Source: Mobula hypostoma
Lineage: Eukaryota
Assembly (NCBI RefSeq): GCF_963921235.1
Contig: NC_086108.1
Span: forward strand, 61,630,001 to 61,694,000
DNA: 64,000 nt
Direction: 5' to 3'
The notes beneath the pieces were generated by a model. That model searched no databases. It was given only the letters and a program-made list of their open reading frames with translations, and was not told the DNA's origin. The translations under genes and the position numbers were made by a program. Numbering within the stretch: position 1 is the stretch's first letter; each line of letters starts with the position of its first letter. Of this stretch, positions 12,951 to 25,974 are shown piece by piece.

Positions 12951-14250
12951 TATTTTCCTCAGGGTTATCACAAATACTCCATGGTTTATGTAAATGTTAT
13001 CTATTATTCACCTCCTTCTCGGATCACAGTGAGAGACACTTGATCTCAATGCAGCTACAGTTTGATCTAAAACAATCTTTACAAGCAACCCATGCAAAAC
13101 ACATTCATGTTTAGCAAGAGACAAACACTGAGATAACCAGGCAGCTAGCAAATGAACCAATTGTGAGCAATGAACTCACAATTACCCAATTAAGTTCAGA
13201 TAACACATGGGAACAATCTCAGAGCAAGCTCATTTGCCAGTTGCCTGATTAAAAAAGGGACAGTTTGAACATAGACTTCCCAGAAGTAAACTGGCAGGTA
13301 TTTAAATGAGGAATGCCTTCCGTCATTCTGCTGCCTTCCCACAGACTTCAATTTTAATATTTCTGATCTAGCAGCAGGGACACCAACTGTAACCATTAGG
13401 ATTCCTCATTACATTTGGAGATCAGACTCCAATTATGCCTTCAAAGTCCAACTTCGATTTCCATTTGTGAGCTCTTATGGTCTCTCTGCCACATAAAAGT
13501 AAAGAGATGATAACTAGAGGCTAGAATAGCAGACAAAACAAGAAAAATTTATGCCTTCATTCAAGCTAAAATCCTCCCCAAATCCACTTTACTCGTTTCT
13601 GGATGAGTGCTCTCAATTGTTCCCTCAGCCCTAACTTGTAATCCTCTGCTGCCACTGTTTCTACAGACAAGTTTCTACTCCCCACCCCACCCTCATTTCA
13701 GGTACGAATAAAGGAAAGTCATGCTGAATTTAAAAGTACTTTTTAAATTGTCATAATTAAAATCTGAATATTGAGAAAATGCAAAGAAATAAACAATATA
13801 AACTAAAACAGTTTGAGCATTAATTGACAGAAAAGCTTGGTATTTAGTTATGTTGAGACTTAAATTATAGTTAGGTACCAGGAACGTAAGAAAGCAATCG
13901 GGAGAAAACTGAAAGAGCTGAAACACTGAATGGTGTATGATAACTGTAATGTTGCTAGGTGACAGATGGTCCCCAGAAATATATCAAGGATGTGTTGTAA
14001 CAGCACTGCCTGCTCTCAATGGACTGCAGTATCACTTGAAATAAAAGGGATATTTTATGCAAAATATTAGAAAAATTTGACAAAAGTAAAAAAATTCATT
14101 AAAATTAAAACTATTTTGGAAAGGTTCAAAATAACTGTTCATTCAAACACTGATGTGAACTCTGATTCTTTTGAGATGTATTTGAATGTCTTTTCACTCA
14201 GAGCCCATTTACTTAATAATACCAGGCACAATGACAATTAATTAAATATA

Positions 14251-14251
<1 letters not shown>

Positions 14252-14333
<82 letters not shown>
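14252..14333. repeat. Compound microsatellite (TG)n-(TA)n-(CA)n
   Basis: Directly visible. Confidence 0.97.
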
Positions 14334-14866
14334 TATAATGTATATGTGACAATGTTGATGGAAGTTCCAGATGAATGCTTGAGCATTTTTTTATTTAAAG
14401 TTTTCACTTAGCTATTGGCAGAATATTTGAAAGCTGCTCTGGTTTTGTTTCTGTTTGAAGCGGGTAATGTCTAAATTCCCAACAACAGTTGGATTCCACT
14501 GCCAGTTCTGCAGGGCAGCCAAACTATCAGAGATAATTGATTTATCTGATTAGCATGAATAATCATAGACAATTGTCTGGCCAGACATTGTTCTGACAAC
14601 TGTGTTATTCACTGCAGATTGGAATGGATGGATGGTGTTTTCTGTTAATTGTAGAAGCAAATTTTGGTTCCTTCACAATCCTTTATAATCATTCGAATTT
14701 TGCATAATTTGAATTTATTTTCGATCAGTTCTGGTAGCCCCAGTTTAGAAATATCATACTTTTTCTTTGGAGGAAGGTAATATATAGCTACAGGCTTGTT
14801 AGATCAACACACATAAAAGTTGCTGGTGAACGCAGCAGGCCAGGCAGCATCTCTAGGAAGAGGTGC

Positions 14867-14902
14867 AGTCGACGTTTCAGGCCGAGACCCTTCGTCAGGA
14901 CT
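14867..14902 (-). ncRNA. Minimal type I hammerhead ribozyme in PLE pLTR
   Basis: Minus strand AGUC-CUGACGA-AGGGUCUCGGCCU-GAAA-C-GUC-GACU: intact core, stem I AGUC/GACU, palindromic ACGU stem III. Confidence 0.8.
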
Positions 14903-15220
14903 AACTGAAGGAAGAGTGAGTAAGGGATTTGAAAGTTGGAGGGGGAGGGGGAGGGGGAGGGGGAGGGGGAGGGGGAGATCCAAAATGATAGGAGAAGACA
15001 GGAGGGGGAGGGATGGAGCCAAGAGCTGGACAGATGATAGGCAAAAGGGATACGAGAGGATCATGGGACAGGAGGTCTGGGAAGAAAGACAAGGGGGGGG
15101 GGAACCCAGAGGATGGGCAAGAGGTATAGTCAGAGGGACAGAGGGAGAAAAAGGAGAGTGAGAGAAAGAATGTGTGTATAAAAATAAGTAACAGATGGGG
15201 TACGAGGGGGAGGTGGGGCC

Positions 15221-15960
15221 TTAGTGGAAGTTAGAGAAGTCGATGTTCATGCCATCAGGTTGGAGGCTACCCAGACGGAATATAAGGTGTTGTTCCTCCA
15301 ACCTGAGTGTGGCTTCATCTTTACAGTAGAGGAGGCCGTGGATAGACATGTCAGAATGGGAATGGGATGTGGAATTAAAATGTGTGGCCACTGGGAGATC
15401 CTGCTTTCTCTGGTGGACAGAGCGTAGATGTTCAGCAAAGCGGTCTCCCAGTCTGCGTCGGGTCTCGCCAATATATAAAAGGCCACATCGGGAGCACCGG
15501 ACGCAGTATATCACCCCAGCTGACTCACAGGTGAAGTGTTGCCTCACCTGGAAGGACTGTTTGGGGCCCTGAATGGTGGTAAGGGAGGAAGTGTAAGGGC
15601 ATGTGTAGCACTTGTTCCGTTTACACGGGTAAGTGCCAGGAGGGAGATCAGTGGGGAGGGATGGGGGGGACAAATGGACAAGGGAGTTGCGTAGGGAGCG
15701 ATCCCTGTGGAATGCGGGGGGGGGGAGGGAAAGATGTGCTTAGTGGTGGGATCCCGTTGGAGGTGGCGGAAGTTACGGAGAATAATATGTTGGACCCGGA
15801 GGCTGGTGGGGTGGTAGGTGAGGACCAGGGGAACCCTATTCCAAGTGGGGTGGTGGGAGGATGGAGTGAGAGCAGATGTACGTGAAATGGGGGAGATGCG
15901 TTTAAGAGCAGAGTTGATAGTGGAGGAAGGGAAGCCCCTTTCTTTAAAAAAGGAAGACAT
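15221..15960 (-). pseudogene. PLE ORF C-terminus: linker, Cys motif and GIY-YIG endonuclease (one frameshift in the G/C run at ~15720)
   Basis: ORF 15544..15960 (RVPLVLTYHP) plus ORF 15221..15673 (C..NKCYTC, GVIYCVRCSRCGLLYIGET.RRLGDRFAEH, HFN, E..LI..L..LQPDGMN). Confidence 0.92.
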
Positions 15961-16699
15961 CTCACTCGTCCTAGAATGAAAAGCCTCATCCTGAGAGCAG
16001 GCTTGTTAGATGTCTGATTGCTGATTGGCAATCCAGATAGATACATTATCCATGATGATTAGCAGATAAAAGAGAATATGACCTAGAATCTGTACTGCAT
16101 TACACAACCTTTTTAATGCGGTACCTAATTCAATCTAAATCCTGATTGCTAAATGCAAATGGGTGCATGCTTCTACAAATTCACTTTTAGTGGTCTGTGC
16201 ATCTGGCAGTATACACACAGATGCCACTGGGCAATGTACAGTGATGTCAATTAATGCAAAATTAGGTGTGATTTCAATTTTAATATATACAATATTGACA
16301 AGAACAAGTCTCTAACACTAGACCAAATCTGAATCTGAGGTTTACCTATTCTAGCTTTAAGAAATTATTCATACTGAGGGCATTGTCAAAGATTCACTGA
16401 GGATTCATCTATCTTTCATGTGGCATATTGGAAAACAATGAAGGAAAGGTCTTTGTGTACAAGATGCATGCACAAGACCATGATTTTCTTATTTGAAGAA
16501 ATGCTAATCCTGCATATTTCCCCACAGTTCCCTTTCAACAGTTTCACCAGTTTGAGAATAACTTGCTTCATCTCTGTTTCTGTGGGTTCTGAGAAGACTG
16601 ATGAAGCCAATGTGTGATCTGCAGAATTTGGCAAGGTGGGGCAGAAGGTGCTTAGCAGAGCAGTTCTGTGAGTCATTTCAGATAATGCGTTCTTTACAC

Positions 16700-17075
16700 G
16701 ATTTATGCTGGAGTTTTGTGTGCTCTTAAAACATGGGTTCAGTTCTCAGTGCCTTTCTACACACTCCTTCATTTTAAACATTCATGGACCAGGAGTCAGT
16801 GAAGATGTTGCATTTCTTCAAGGAGGTTTTGAGAAAATCCTTGAATCTTTTCCTCTATTCATCTGCGGTCTCTTTCCAAGACAGAGTTTGGAATGGATTG
16901 TCCATTTCAGGAGCCTGATGTTGGGAATGAGAACAGAAGCTAGGCCTTGATGTTGACTCTGGAGAAAGTATTGGCATCGGTACAAAATCCAGCAAATAAA
17001 TTTTGTAGATTTTGTGAGTGCAGCTTTGGAGCTAGCTCTCCAGTGCTTCTATGTGCCTCCTGTAGTTAGTTTCCA
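16700..17075 (-). mobile_element. RTE (BovB-like) LINE 3' fragment
   Basis: Minus strand encodes a degenerate GKRPQMNRGKDSR...LKKCNIFTDSW C-terminus; similar to 58620-58930. Confidence 0.6.
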
Positions 17076-17087
17076 GAGTATTACACT

Positions 17088-17363
17088 ATGATGATGATGA
17101 TGATGATGATGATGACATCGACTCAGACCTGAGAGGCCAGAGTCGAGCATTTTCATGCCTTACAAGGCACAGTTCGAAAGGCCGTGTGGGGCGCCACTCC
17201 TTGCACAGACATTTTGCAGTATTATTTTACGAGGCCTAGTTGTGAGCTCGCCATCAACCCGGCGCAGATGGAGAGCGCGTACAGGGGCAGTCTATAACTG
17301 GATTGAGCTCGGGAACCTCTGTTCTCGAGCCCGGCGCTGATCTCACTGCGCCACCAGCCGACC
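17088..17363 (-). mobile_element. tRNA-derived SINE with (CAT)n tail
   Basis: Minus 5' end GGTCGGCTGGTGGCGCAGTGAG (A box) ... GAGCTCAATCC (B box-like); CpG-rich body; (GAT)n at 17089-17115. Confidence 0.78.
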
Positions 17364-19254
17364 TAATGAATAGAATTATAACAATGTATCAGATGTACAT
17401 GAAAGTTAAAGTGGTCTTTTTTTTAGCCAAGCGAATCACGTTTTAATTTTCTTTGAAAAAAATTCTGAGTAAATTAGAATTCATTAAAGTCAATAAAGCA
17501 GACTGAGAAGTAAAGCAGCAACAATTTGAACTCATACAGCAGGGTTGCAGTTGCTTCAAAGAGTGAGTGGAAAGGGGTTTGCACAAAAAATCAAGACAGA
17601 ATGATAAAATTGTATGGAGGGGGCAGAAATTATAGAGCTTGCTGCATCTATATAGAGTAGCAGATATAGTCAGACCATGAATAAACCTTTATTAACATGC
17701 TGGCTAGGAAATATCGTTGGATCCATTCAACAGTACTGTTATAGTAATTTATGTTTGAATTAAAACTTGATAAAGAATAAAGTAATTTGAAGAAAAAGAT
17801 ACCAAAGTACCTGCAGTAATATTATCATTCGGGATAGCTGAGCAACCACAATCTAGAGGTGGTAGCATTGTGGAATATGGCAGAAGGAGGAGCTTTTGTG
17901 GTCCTCAGAACAGACACCAGAACCCTTATAGCCTCTTTTCAGATCCGGGCAAGGAAAACTCCTCCAGATAATCAGTGCTCTTTCATGTTGAACAGTGCTT
18001 GGTGGATACACTGCGAGTAACAAGGACACAATACTGTATATACAGTACTCTGGATGGGAGATTTCATTGCCTTTCATGAAGAGGGAATGAGTAATATATG
18101 TATTGACTCAATTGGCTGCATCCTGAAGGACATAATTGCAGACTTGGAATGCAACAGCAAGAGTAAACCATTGCAAGAGATAGGTCTAGCTGGCCTTGCC
18201 TGAAATAGTCTGTGCCAGATGCAGCTATGCACGATAGCACTGGTAGAAGAAACTTCTGCATACTCTTTACATCATGTTTTGTGGCACCACATATGGGCCA
18301 ACTGGGTAGACTCAAAACAGATCTGGTACGTCCAAGCTGGGCATCATAGAAAGTTAGAGTTAAAAAATGGGAAATGTAGGAGAAGGAGCAGGCCATTAAA
18401 CCTTTCAAACTTATTCTGGCTGATTATCCAAACTCAGTACCCTGTCCCAGTTTTCTCCACATATATTTGGATCTCTCTAACCATTAGAACTAACACCTGG
18501 GTTTGGAACCATGAGATGCTATCCTGGCAGTTAAGTCAGTTCCATTATTCAGTTAGGGTGTGTTGCATACTCAGAATGCCCACAACATTTAATCAAGTGC
18601 TTTTAAAATGTAGTTACCTTTGGCATGAAGATTTTTTTTTGTCAGAAGTCCATTTATTTATTTTGGATTTGTAACATTTAATACCTTTCAGCTTTCGTAC
18701 TCACAACTGACCTCACTGAAATGACTTTTTGGATAGCAAGTTTCAGATTTCCATCAATTTTCAAAATTCTCTATTTACCCTACCAAATCCTTTAATCATC
18801 TTAACCAATTAAATAAATCCTTAATCTGCCGTGCTCAAGGGAATATAAACTGATTCTATGCAAGCTGTTCTCAAAATTTAACCCTTTTATCCCTCAGATG
18901 ATGCTGGTAAATCTGGCAAAGATTAAGATGTCCTTCCTAAACTGAGATTAAGAGGTATTACCTTAAAATCAGATCAAGGTGGCATTGCCTACTGGCATAC
19001 CATCTATCCAGATTCATAATTCTTTTTTGCTAGAATTAAGGAACAGTGTTAATAAAAAAAAATGGGAAGGCAGCAGTCTGCACATTTGTTTTAGGTTTAT
19101 TAATGTGGCACAATGGAGTTGCATCAATCTGCCAGAGTTATTTGGTTCCTATGCTATTTCATTGCATGTATTAGCTCATTGATTTTTTAATTGCCTAATT
19201 TTCTATCTCAAATGATGAAGGGGAAATCACTTCACAGTGCAAAAGCTGCACCTC

Positions 19255-19491
19255 AGAAATTTTATCCAGAAGATACAGCCAGACCAAGCAGCTGTTGGAG
19301 AAATTATATTTTTGGGCACGGATAGCATATTTGAAAATGGTCTTTGCACACTTCATCACCAACCCCACCACAGAAGTTTTATCCAGAAGAAACAGCCAGA
19401 CATAAAGCAGACCAAATGGCTGTTGAGGAGATTATATTTTCAGGCACACTGAAAGCATATTTGAAATTGGTCTTTGCTCACTTCATCACCA
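19255..19491. repeat. Imperfect tandem duplication of ~110-120 bp
   Basis: CAGAAATTTTATCCAGAAGA..CAGCCAGAC..AGCATATTTGAAA.TGGTCTTTGC.CACTTCATCACCA occurs twice. Confidence 0.9.
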
Positions 19492-19865
19492 CCTGGTATA
19501 GACACTCTGATGTATGGGATCAAAGGAGGCAGCCGAGGGTTGCAGACTTGGCCTGCTCCATCATGGGCACTACCTTCCCACCATTGAAAACATTTTCAAA
19601 AGATAGTGCCTCAAGAAGGAAGCATTCGTCATTAAGGACCCTCATCTTCTGGAACATCTTCTCATTTTTTGCCAAGAGTCTGAGGGCCCACATTCAAAAC
19701 CTTTTCCCCTCCACCAGCAGATTGCTGAACTGCTCATGAACCCAGGAACTCTCTCTCTTTCTTTAGGGCTATTTATTTATTGTAACTTAAAAAAAAATTG
19801 TACTGTGGCCACAAAACAACAAATTTCATGATGTATCAGTGAAAATAAAAGCTAGTTTCTGATTT
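19484..19865 (+). mobile_element. Rex1/Babar LINE 3' fragment
   Basis: ITTWYRHSDVWDQRRQPRVA...IMG (ORF 19344..19739), then the typical 3' terminus. Confidence 0.7.
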
Positions 19866-19923
19866 TAATTCCTCTGACTGATATGAGAATGATTACATTC
19901 AGTGGAGGCAAGTATAATTTGCT

Positions 19924-20022
19924 GCAACACACACAAAACGCTGGAGGAACTCAGCAGGTCAGGCAGCATCTATGGAAATGAATGAACAGTTGACACTTCA
20001 GGCTGAAACCCTTCTTCAGGAT
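19924..20022 (-). mobile_element. Short PLE pLTR insert ending at the hammerhead core
   Basis: GCAACACACACAAAACGCTGGAGGAACTCAGC...CCCTTCTTCAGGA; minus strand CUGAAGA..GAAG (degenerate). Confidence 0.8.
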
Positions 20023-21939
20023 TTGTTGCTCTGTTTAGCATAGTTTTCACAAAACTTCCTACCCTAAGCAGGCAGGATGCCAGACTTATCATAAAATGGA
20101 ATTGATGAAAAGTAATGATTATAGAGAAGGAATAGTAATCCTCACAATTCTTTGAATTATTAGATAGAACTTTTTTTGATGATGCTTCAAATTCGGCCCA
20201 GACTATTGACTTGAAGATCACCTACTTGTTAGCCTGAATTTGGGTAGCCTTCTTCTTTTCTCTAATGAGCCCAAAACAAAAACCTCTCTAATATGATACT
20301 AATGACGAATAAAATTTGACCACATCCAAGAAATGCCAGGACAGTGTTACAGCACTTAAAACACTCCCAACATCCACTGATTAATATAGTACAGAAGGAA
20401 GCCACACAGACCACCACTCCTGCTCTGGCTCTGCAAAAGATTTGCCAATTAGATACATATCCCTGCTGTTCTTACACATTCTTACAAATGATTCCTTTAT
20501 ACATTGGAATCCATTTCCTTTTTGAAGGTTGAACTAACCATCATTCTTTTAGGCAGTACATTCCTGTAAAATAAATTCTCCTCATCTCTTTCCCAGCCCC
20601 GTGATCAGGCACTGACCCTCCTGCCAGTGAAATCCATTTCTCTCTGTCTGCTGCTTTGAAATCCCTCAAGCTGTGTCTACACAGAATGGAGATCCAGCAG
20701 AGCTTATTACTGAAACCTGCTGTCCTAAGTGGAACAAAGTCCCAATCTCCCAGCTTAAGATTGTTCATAATAAAAATGTATCTCCTGTGAGAAAATCGCA
20801 ATTATTTGCCCTTAAACTGTTACCCTGCAGGCATGTTGCTGCCTGTTCTAACATTTCTAGCAATGGATTCCCAGCTTTCTAAGTTTCATTGTGTATTGTG
20901 AAAGAGAAAAACAAAATTGCACATTGCATTAAGCATGCACCTTATTACAACATAACATACAAAGTATAGTGTTTATAACTGTAATGCATCAAATAGGGAA
21001 GTACATAAGAACATAAGAGAAAGGGCCAGGAGTCAGCTAGTGGATTTCTCAAGCATGCTCTGTTTTTCAAACAGATTGTGGCTGGTTAAACACTACTTTT
21101 CAACACTATCTCCATACCCCTCGATTCCCTTGTGGTGCATGTGTTCCTCTGAAGAAGACACAGCCTTAAGCTTTAAACTAATTCTTTGCTAAACTTGTTT
21201 TTGAATTAATAAGATTCTTTCTAAATAAAAATATTCTGGTTCTTGGTGCTATTGATTCAATGTATTCAGATATTGTATTCGAAAATTGCTAACAGTAATG
21301 GAACACGCTGGCAGAATAGCATTCAAGTGAAGAAAATCAAATGTCAAGTTTATGATTATTTGGAAAAAGGAGCAGCGCAAGATTTTCAAATAGTCTGAGA
21401 AATCAATGTAAAGGTCAGTTTCTGTTTTAATATTATAGCACTGCCTTACATGAAGTAGATGTTTGTTTAAATTACCAGAGAAGCAGTTGATACCATTGAT
21501 GTTCAACATAGATGATAATAATTGAATGCTAGATTTGTATATTATTCAAAGAGGGAATTCAATACAGCAGGTCTGTTCTGAAGTTGAGAAACACAAACGG
21601 GCAGGTTCTTGAAATGTCTATCTGGATTTAATTGTGGAGCTCGATTAGATTGTCTCCCAAAATTTTACAAAAAAATTGGTGGGTTTTGAGCAGGAAGGCT
21701 GTCTGAGAAAGCTGGAGTATTTGGCTGGTAGGGTTTAGGGAAGGGGGTGGTGAGTTGAGAAGAAGTCTGGATGAATAGGCAAAGAATCAATGATGGCCAT
21801 GGAAGAGGTAAGATGGCATTCAAAGGGGTTGCAGACAAGTTATGGGGCGGGTCTAATAGCAGTGTGTTAGTCCTGAGATAGCTGTGTAGCCTCAGATGAT
21901 TAGGCTTTAAGCCACAGTGTTGCCTGTTTACAGCCGCTC

Positions 21940-22270
21940 AGAAGAGAGATGTCGGAGAAGGTGCACTAAGCCAGAGGCGATGTGGTGCACCATCCAAGAT
22001 GGAGACGGTGCTTCCCTCCAGTATTTGCTCAGCTCAAAACAAGTTGTATTGTGTTCGATGGCAGACTGCTGCAACACTCACGGACTCAGGGTCTCCAACT
22101 TTATTTTTTTTGTGTCACTGTATTTCACTGCTATCTTATATGTGCTCTATGTGCCCAGTACTGTGTGTGACTGTTGGCACTGTGTTTTGCTCCTTAGCCC
22201 TGGAGTAACACTGTTTCATTTGGCTGTATTCATGTATGGTTGAATGGCAATTAAACAGAAACTCGAACTT
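21940..22270 (+). mobile_element. Short non-autonomous Rex1/L2-type retroelement
   Basis: CCAAGATGG.G 5' motif and a 3' end CAATTAAAC..AACT.GAACTT similar to 50330-50442. Confidence 0.45.
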
Positions 22271-24699
22271 CCTGACCTACAAGCAACAGGCACTTAGCTC
22301 ATGAAGTCAGCCTGAGGGCCGAGCAAATCAGTGAGCAGCAATTAAAGATAGAATGAAAATGAAAAACAGTACTGCTGCTGGAAAACAAAACACTCAGCAC
22401 ATCAGACAGCTTCCGTGAAAAGAGAAACAGAGTTAACGTTTCAGTTGAGAGACCCTTTGTCAGAATGTGTGGAGCACCTATAAATTAGAAGCTATGCAGC
22501 CTCATTATACCATTATTCGACCAATGTTTTTCCAAAACAAAAAAAAATATCTTTGATTCCTGTTCCAAAAATTTAGATTAACTCCTTATAAAACCATATC
22601 TAATTCTTGGGAAATAAGAATCAATTCCTCCTGAAGAATAAACATTAAACATGTATCTTTCATTTTCCCTAGTTTTTCTGTTCTGTATTACTGAGAATGT
22701 TGATCCTTGTCTAGGCATGGTTGCACTAGCTCTACAGTGTTGCAATGAATGTTAGCTAGCCCAGTGACCAGAAGCAGGTTACAGGTAACAGGTAATAGGT
22801 AATCCTACCTATAACATTCTAATGAAAGGCAAACCCTTCACTTTTCATAGTATTTTCTACAATTGTGATTTTATTTCAACAATCCAGACTACATCTGGCG
22901 TCCAACAAAAAAAGATACTAGATGTTTATGCAGGCGGGTACATGGTTATAAATCTGAAGAAAAGCATCTCAATAACCTCTCACTGTAATATGAAGAACTT
23001 CAAGGTGTACAGTGCTATAATACGTGGAACAGCAATTAGGCTGCCCTCGGTGAAATCACCGCGGAACAGAAATCTAAACCATTCTGTGGAATGGATTCAC
23101 TCAATTTATTTAAAAAAACAATAATTGGATAACCATATGGGGATTTCAGTTAAGGGTGAAGAAGAATGGCAAACTGAAGTGTTCTTGGAAAAGTACAAGT
23201 AAAACATCTAAGGGCGAACGATACAGAGACATATCAGGGAATAAATATTGGCATTGCAGTGGTCCAAGTCCTATGAACAAAGAAAACAAACACCATGGCA
23301 GCTGGCATAAGTCTCATTAGCCACTTGCATGATTGGCCATACATCTCTTGGTCTGTGATTATATTGTTGATCAGGTGTTTTTTTTTAATTGACTAAGAAA
23401 GTAAGCCAAAATTGCCAAAATTGTTCTCTGCACTTGATAGAGCACATTCCAGAGAAATTAAAATGTCTTTAAGCTAGCACATATTAATATATTTTCAATG
23501 AATGTTACGCAGGCATGACAGACTATTAATTATATGGGTTCCTGAAATAAATAATATAAAAGCATTCTTGCAGAAATCTACCCAGGACAACCTTGTTTTT
23601 GCATTTCTTGTACCAATAAAACCATTCTTAAATTTGTTTTGTTAGTTAATTATAAGCAAACACCAGGATTTAATAGTGTAATATGGGAAACTAAAACAAT
23701 TTGATTTAGTCAGCCAACCTATGATCACAAGAATCTTATCACTTGGTTTGATGGAAGGTGTGAAATAAATTGTCCTCTGCGTATGGTAAATCCTGCTGTC
23801 TTTCTTACTAAGTAAAATCTCCAAGAGTTCATGTACATTAACTGTTCTTTAATGGTTGCCTTTGCATCAAATTATATTTACACTACTAAATTTCAATGCA
23901 CTATACAGTCCATAAATGCAAAAATTGTGCTCTGCAAAGTAGAAAGCAATGAGGACTGGTGAACTAATTAATAATAAATACCATAATGATAAATACAGTA
24001 ATGTGCAAAATTAGATAGTATAGTCTATTCCAATTAACACTAGTTCATGAAAAAAGACATTAAGAAATGATGCAATGCTTTTAGCACTCAATTTAAAATC
24101 CATCATACAAAAAATAATTTTTATTCTCTATCATGAACTATCATATTATTAAACACCACACAAGTAATTTTGTATAAGAAAAATGAACTACATGAAGAAC
24201 AGTTCTGATATCCTTGCGCAGAATATTTTAGGAAGATGACCACATACTTGGAGGATGTTTTGAAACAGATAATGTTTAAAATTGCAGAAACCTAGCCCTT
24301 TCTCTTTGATAGAAACCTCACTTTTGCATCCAATCCTATCCCTTTTCAGAAGGGGTTTGATCTGGCTCTTGAGTTTTACCATATTGTTCTCCTCTAGAAC
24401 TACTAAGCAAAAAAGAAACTTTGCCTAACATTTTTTCTGCTGGACCTCATTTTGTGTTCCTTTTGATTTCAGCATTTGAACATCTTTGTCATAACGAATA
24501 AACATCAATCAACATTTTCCCTCAAGTTTGAAAACTTCACTTAAGTCACCTTAAATTGTTTTCACATTTCTGAAGAATACAATACTTTCCTGATTATTTC
24601 CCCATAAATAGACTTGATAGTTTAGTTCCTCCATGCCTTCCTATGGTAGCAATTGGTCAGGCTGTGCAGCTCATTGCTAAGAAATGAATATTATGAGAA

Positions 24700-24810
24700 A
24701 ACATAGAAACATAGAAAACCTACAGCACAATACAGGCCCTTCGGCCTACAAAGCTGTGCCAAATATGTCCTTACCTGAGAAATTACCTAGGGTTACCCAT
24801 AGACTATTAT
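24700..24810 (-). mobile_element. CR1 3' terminus
   Basis: Near reverse complement of 58375-58471 (AAACATAG tandem tail). Confidence 0.85.
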
Positions 24811-25759
24811 GGTTCAACATTTGAGAATATTATTTTTATAGTTGATTATTGCAATAAAGTGCAATATTCTTGAGCATGAACATGGAAGGTACTGGGTAAG
24901 CTGACAAACTTAGAACTTACACGCTGGACAGTTCCTGAGCTGGTATGCTCATATAAAATATCTTCTGCTTGTTCAGTTAAAACTGATGCAGGCCACCGCT
25001 AAAGTAACTGAAAGCAATTTTCAACAAATATATTTGCGGTATTTGGAGTAATTTCAAGATTTCTATTTTTTCTTGGATAAATCCTGATGTATAAAAGCTG
25101 TGGTTTCCAAATTCAGAGTTAACATGCAGTAAATGAGGGGGAAAACACACTCACAGCTATTGCTGAGCTTTAATCAGATAAACTGCACAATTCACAGCTA
25201 CTTAGACAATGCTGACCCACCTAAAGATCAGTCTCTTGGTCATGAACACTTCCTTTGATTACAAATTAAACTTATTTTAAGCAGTTAATAGTTTTAAAAT
25301 ATGACACTCAGACTTAAAAATGTTAATCTGCTCAACATTTTTCACTGATGTGAAACACTGTTCCCATTTCTCCATCAACTACCTCTGTGACTCTTTTGAC
25401 CAAAACAAGAAAAACCGTATTATGACTCTCATTTGATTTTTGCAGAATCACATAACATTATTCTCCAAATTGAAATGCTAGGTTCAACTCAGGGTAATGC
25501 TTACTCACATGTCACTGAGACTCCATACAATAATTCAGATGAAGTTGCTTAAGTGGTTCATTTTCTCTCACTCTCTGGACACACTAATCCAAAATTCTGC
25601 ATTTCAGGTGCTCATAGCCTCAGTTCTGTTAAGAAACTGGAAAAAGAAAAAAAATCAGCAATTTCAGTCAGAGTATCCACTGTAGGATATGGAAATGTAA
25701 CATTGAGATCTTGGGCTAGTGAGTTTCATATATTTTGCTGAAACAAAGATATTGATTTT

Positions 25760-25974
25760 AAGCAACACACATAAAAGTTGCTGGTGAATGCAGCAGGCCA
25801 GGCAGCGTCAATAGGAAGAGGTACAGTAAATGTTTCGGGCCAAGTCCTGACGAAGGGTCCCGGCCCGAAACGTCAACTGTACCTCTTCCTATAGATGCTG
25901 CCTGGCCTGCTGCGTTCACCAGCAACTTTTATGTGCATTGCTTGAAATTCCAGCATCTGCAGATTTCCTCGTGT
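25760..25974. mobile_element. Fold-back PLE pLTR with hammerhead at its centre
   Basis: Inverted arms 25760-25841 and 25862-25943; + strand AGUC-CUGACGA-AGGGUCCCGGCCC-GAAA-CGUC-AACU at 25843-25878. Confidence 0.9.

Larger units (their letters stand above)
14805..15997 (-). mobile_element. Young 5'-truncated Penelope-like element (GIY-YIG domain + 3' pLTR)
   Basis: Perfect 14-bp TSD CAGGCTTGTTAGAT (14791-804, 15998-16011), GIY-YIG ORF, and pLTR with hammerhead. Confidence 0.95.

Noticed and set aside
14820..15161. RG-rich ORF (GRGRGR) and antisense poly-Pro ORFs
   Set aside because: These are translations of the (GGGGGA)n tract in a PLE 3' non-coding region.
17290..17363. tRNA gene
   Set aside because: Only A/B-box-like motifs; it continues into a SINE body with a (CAT)n tail. 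The same applies to 9065-9130.
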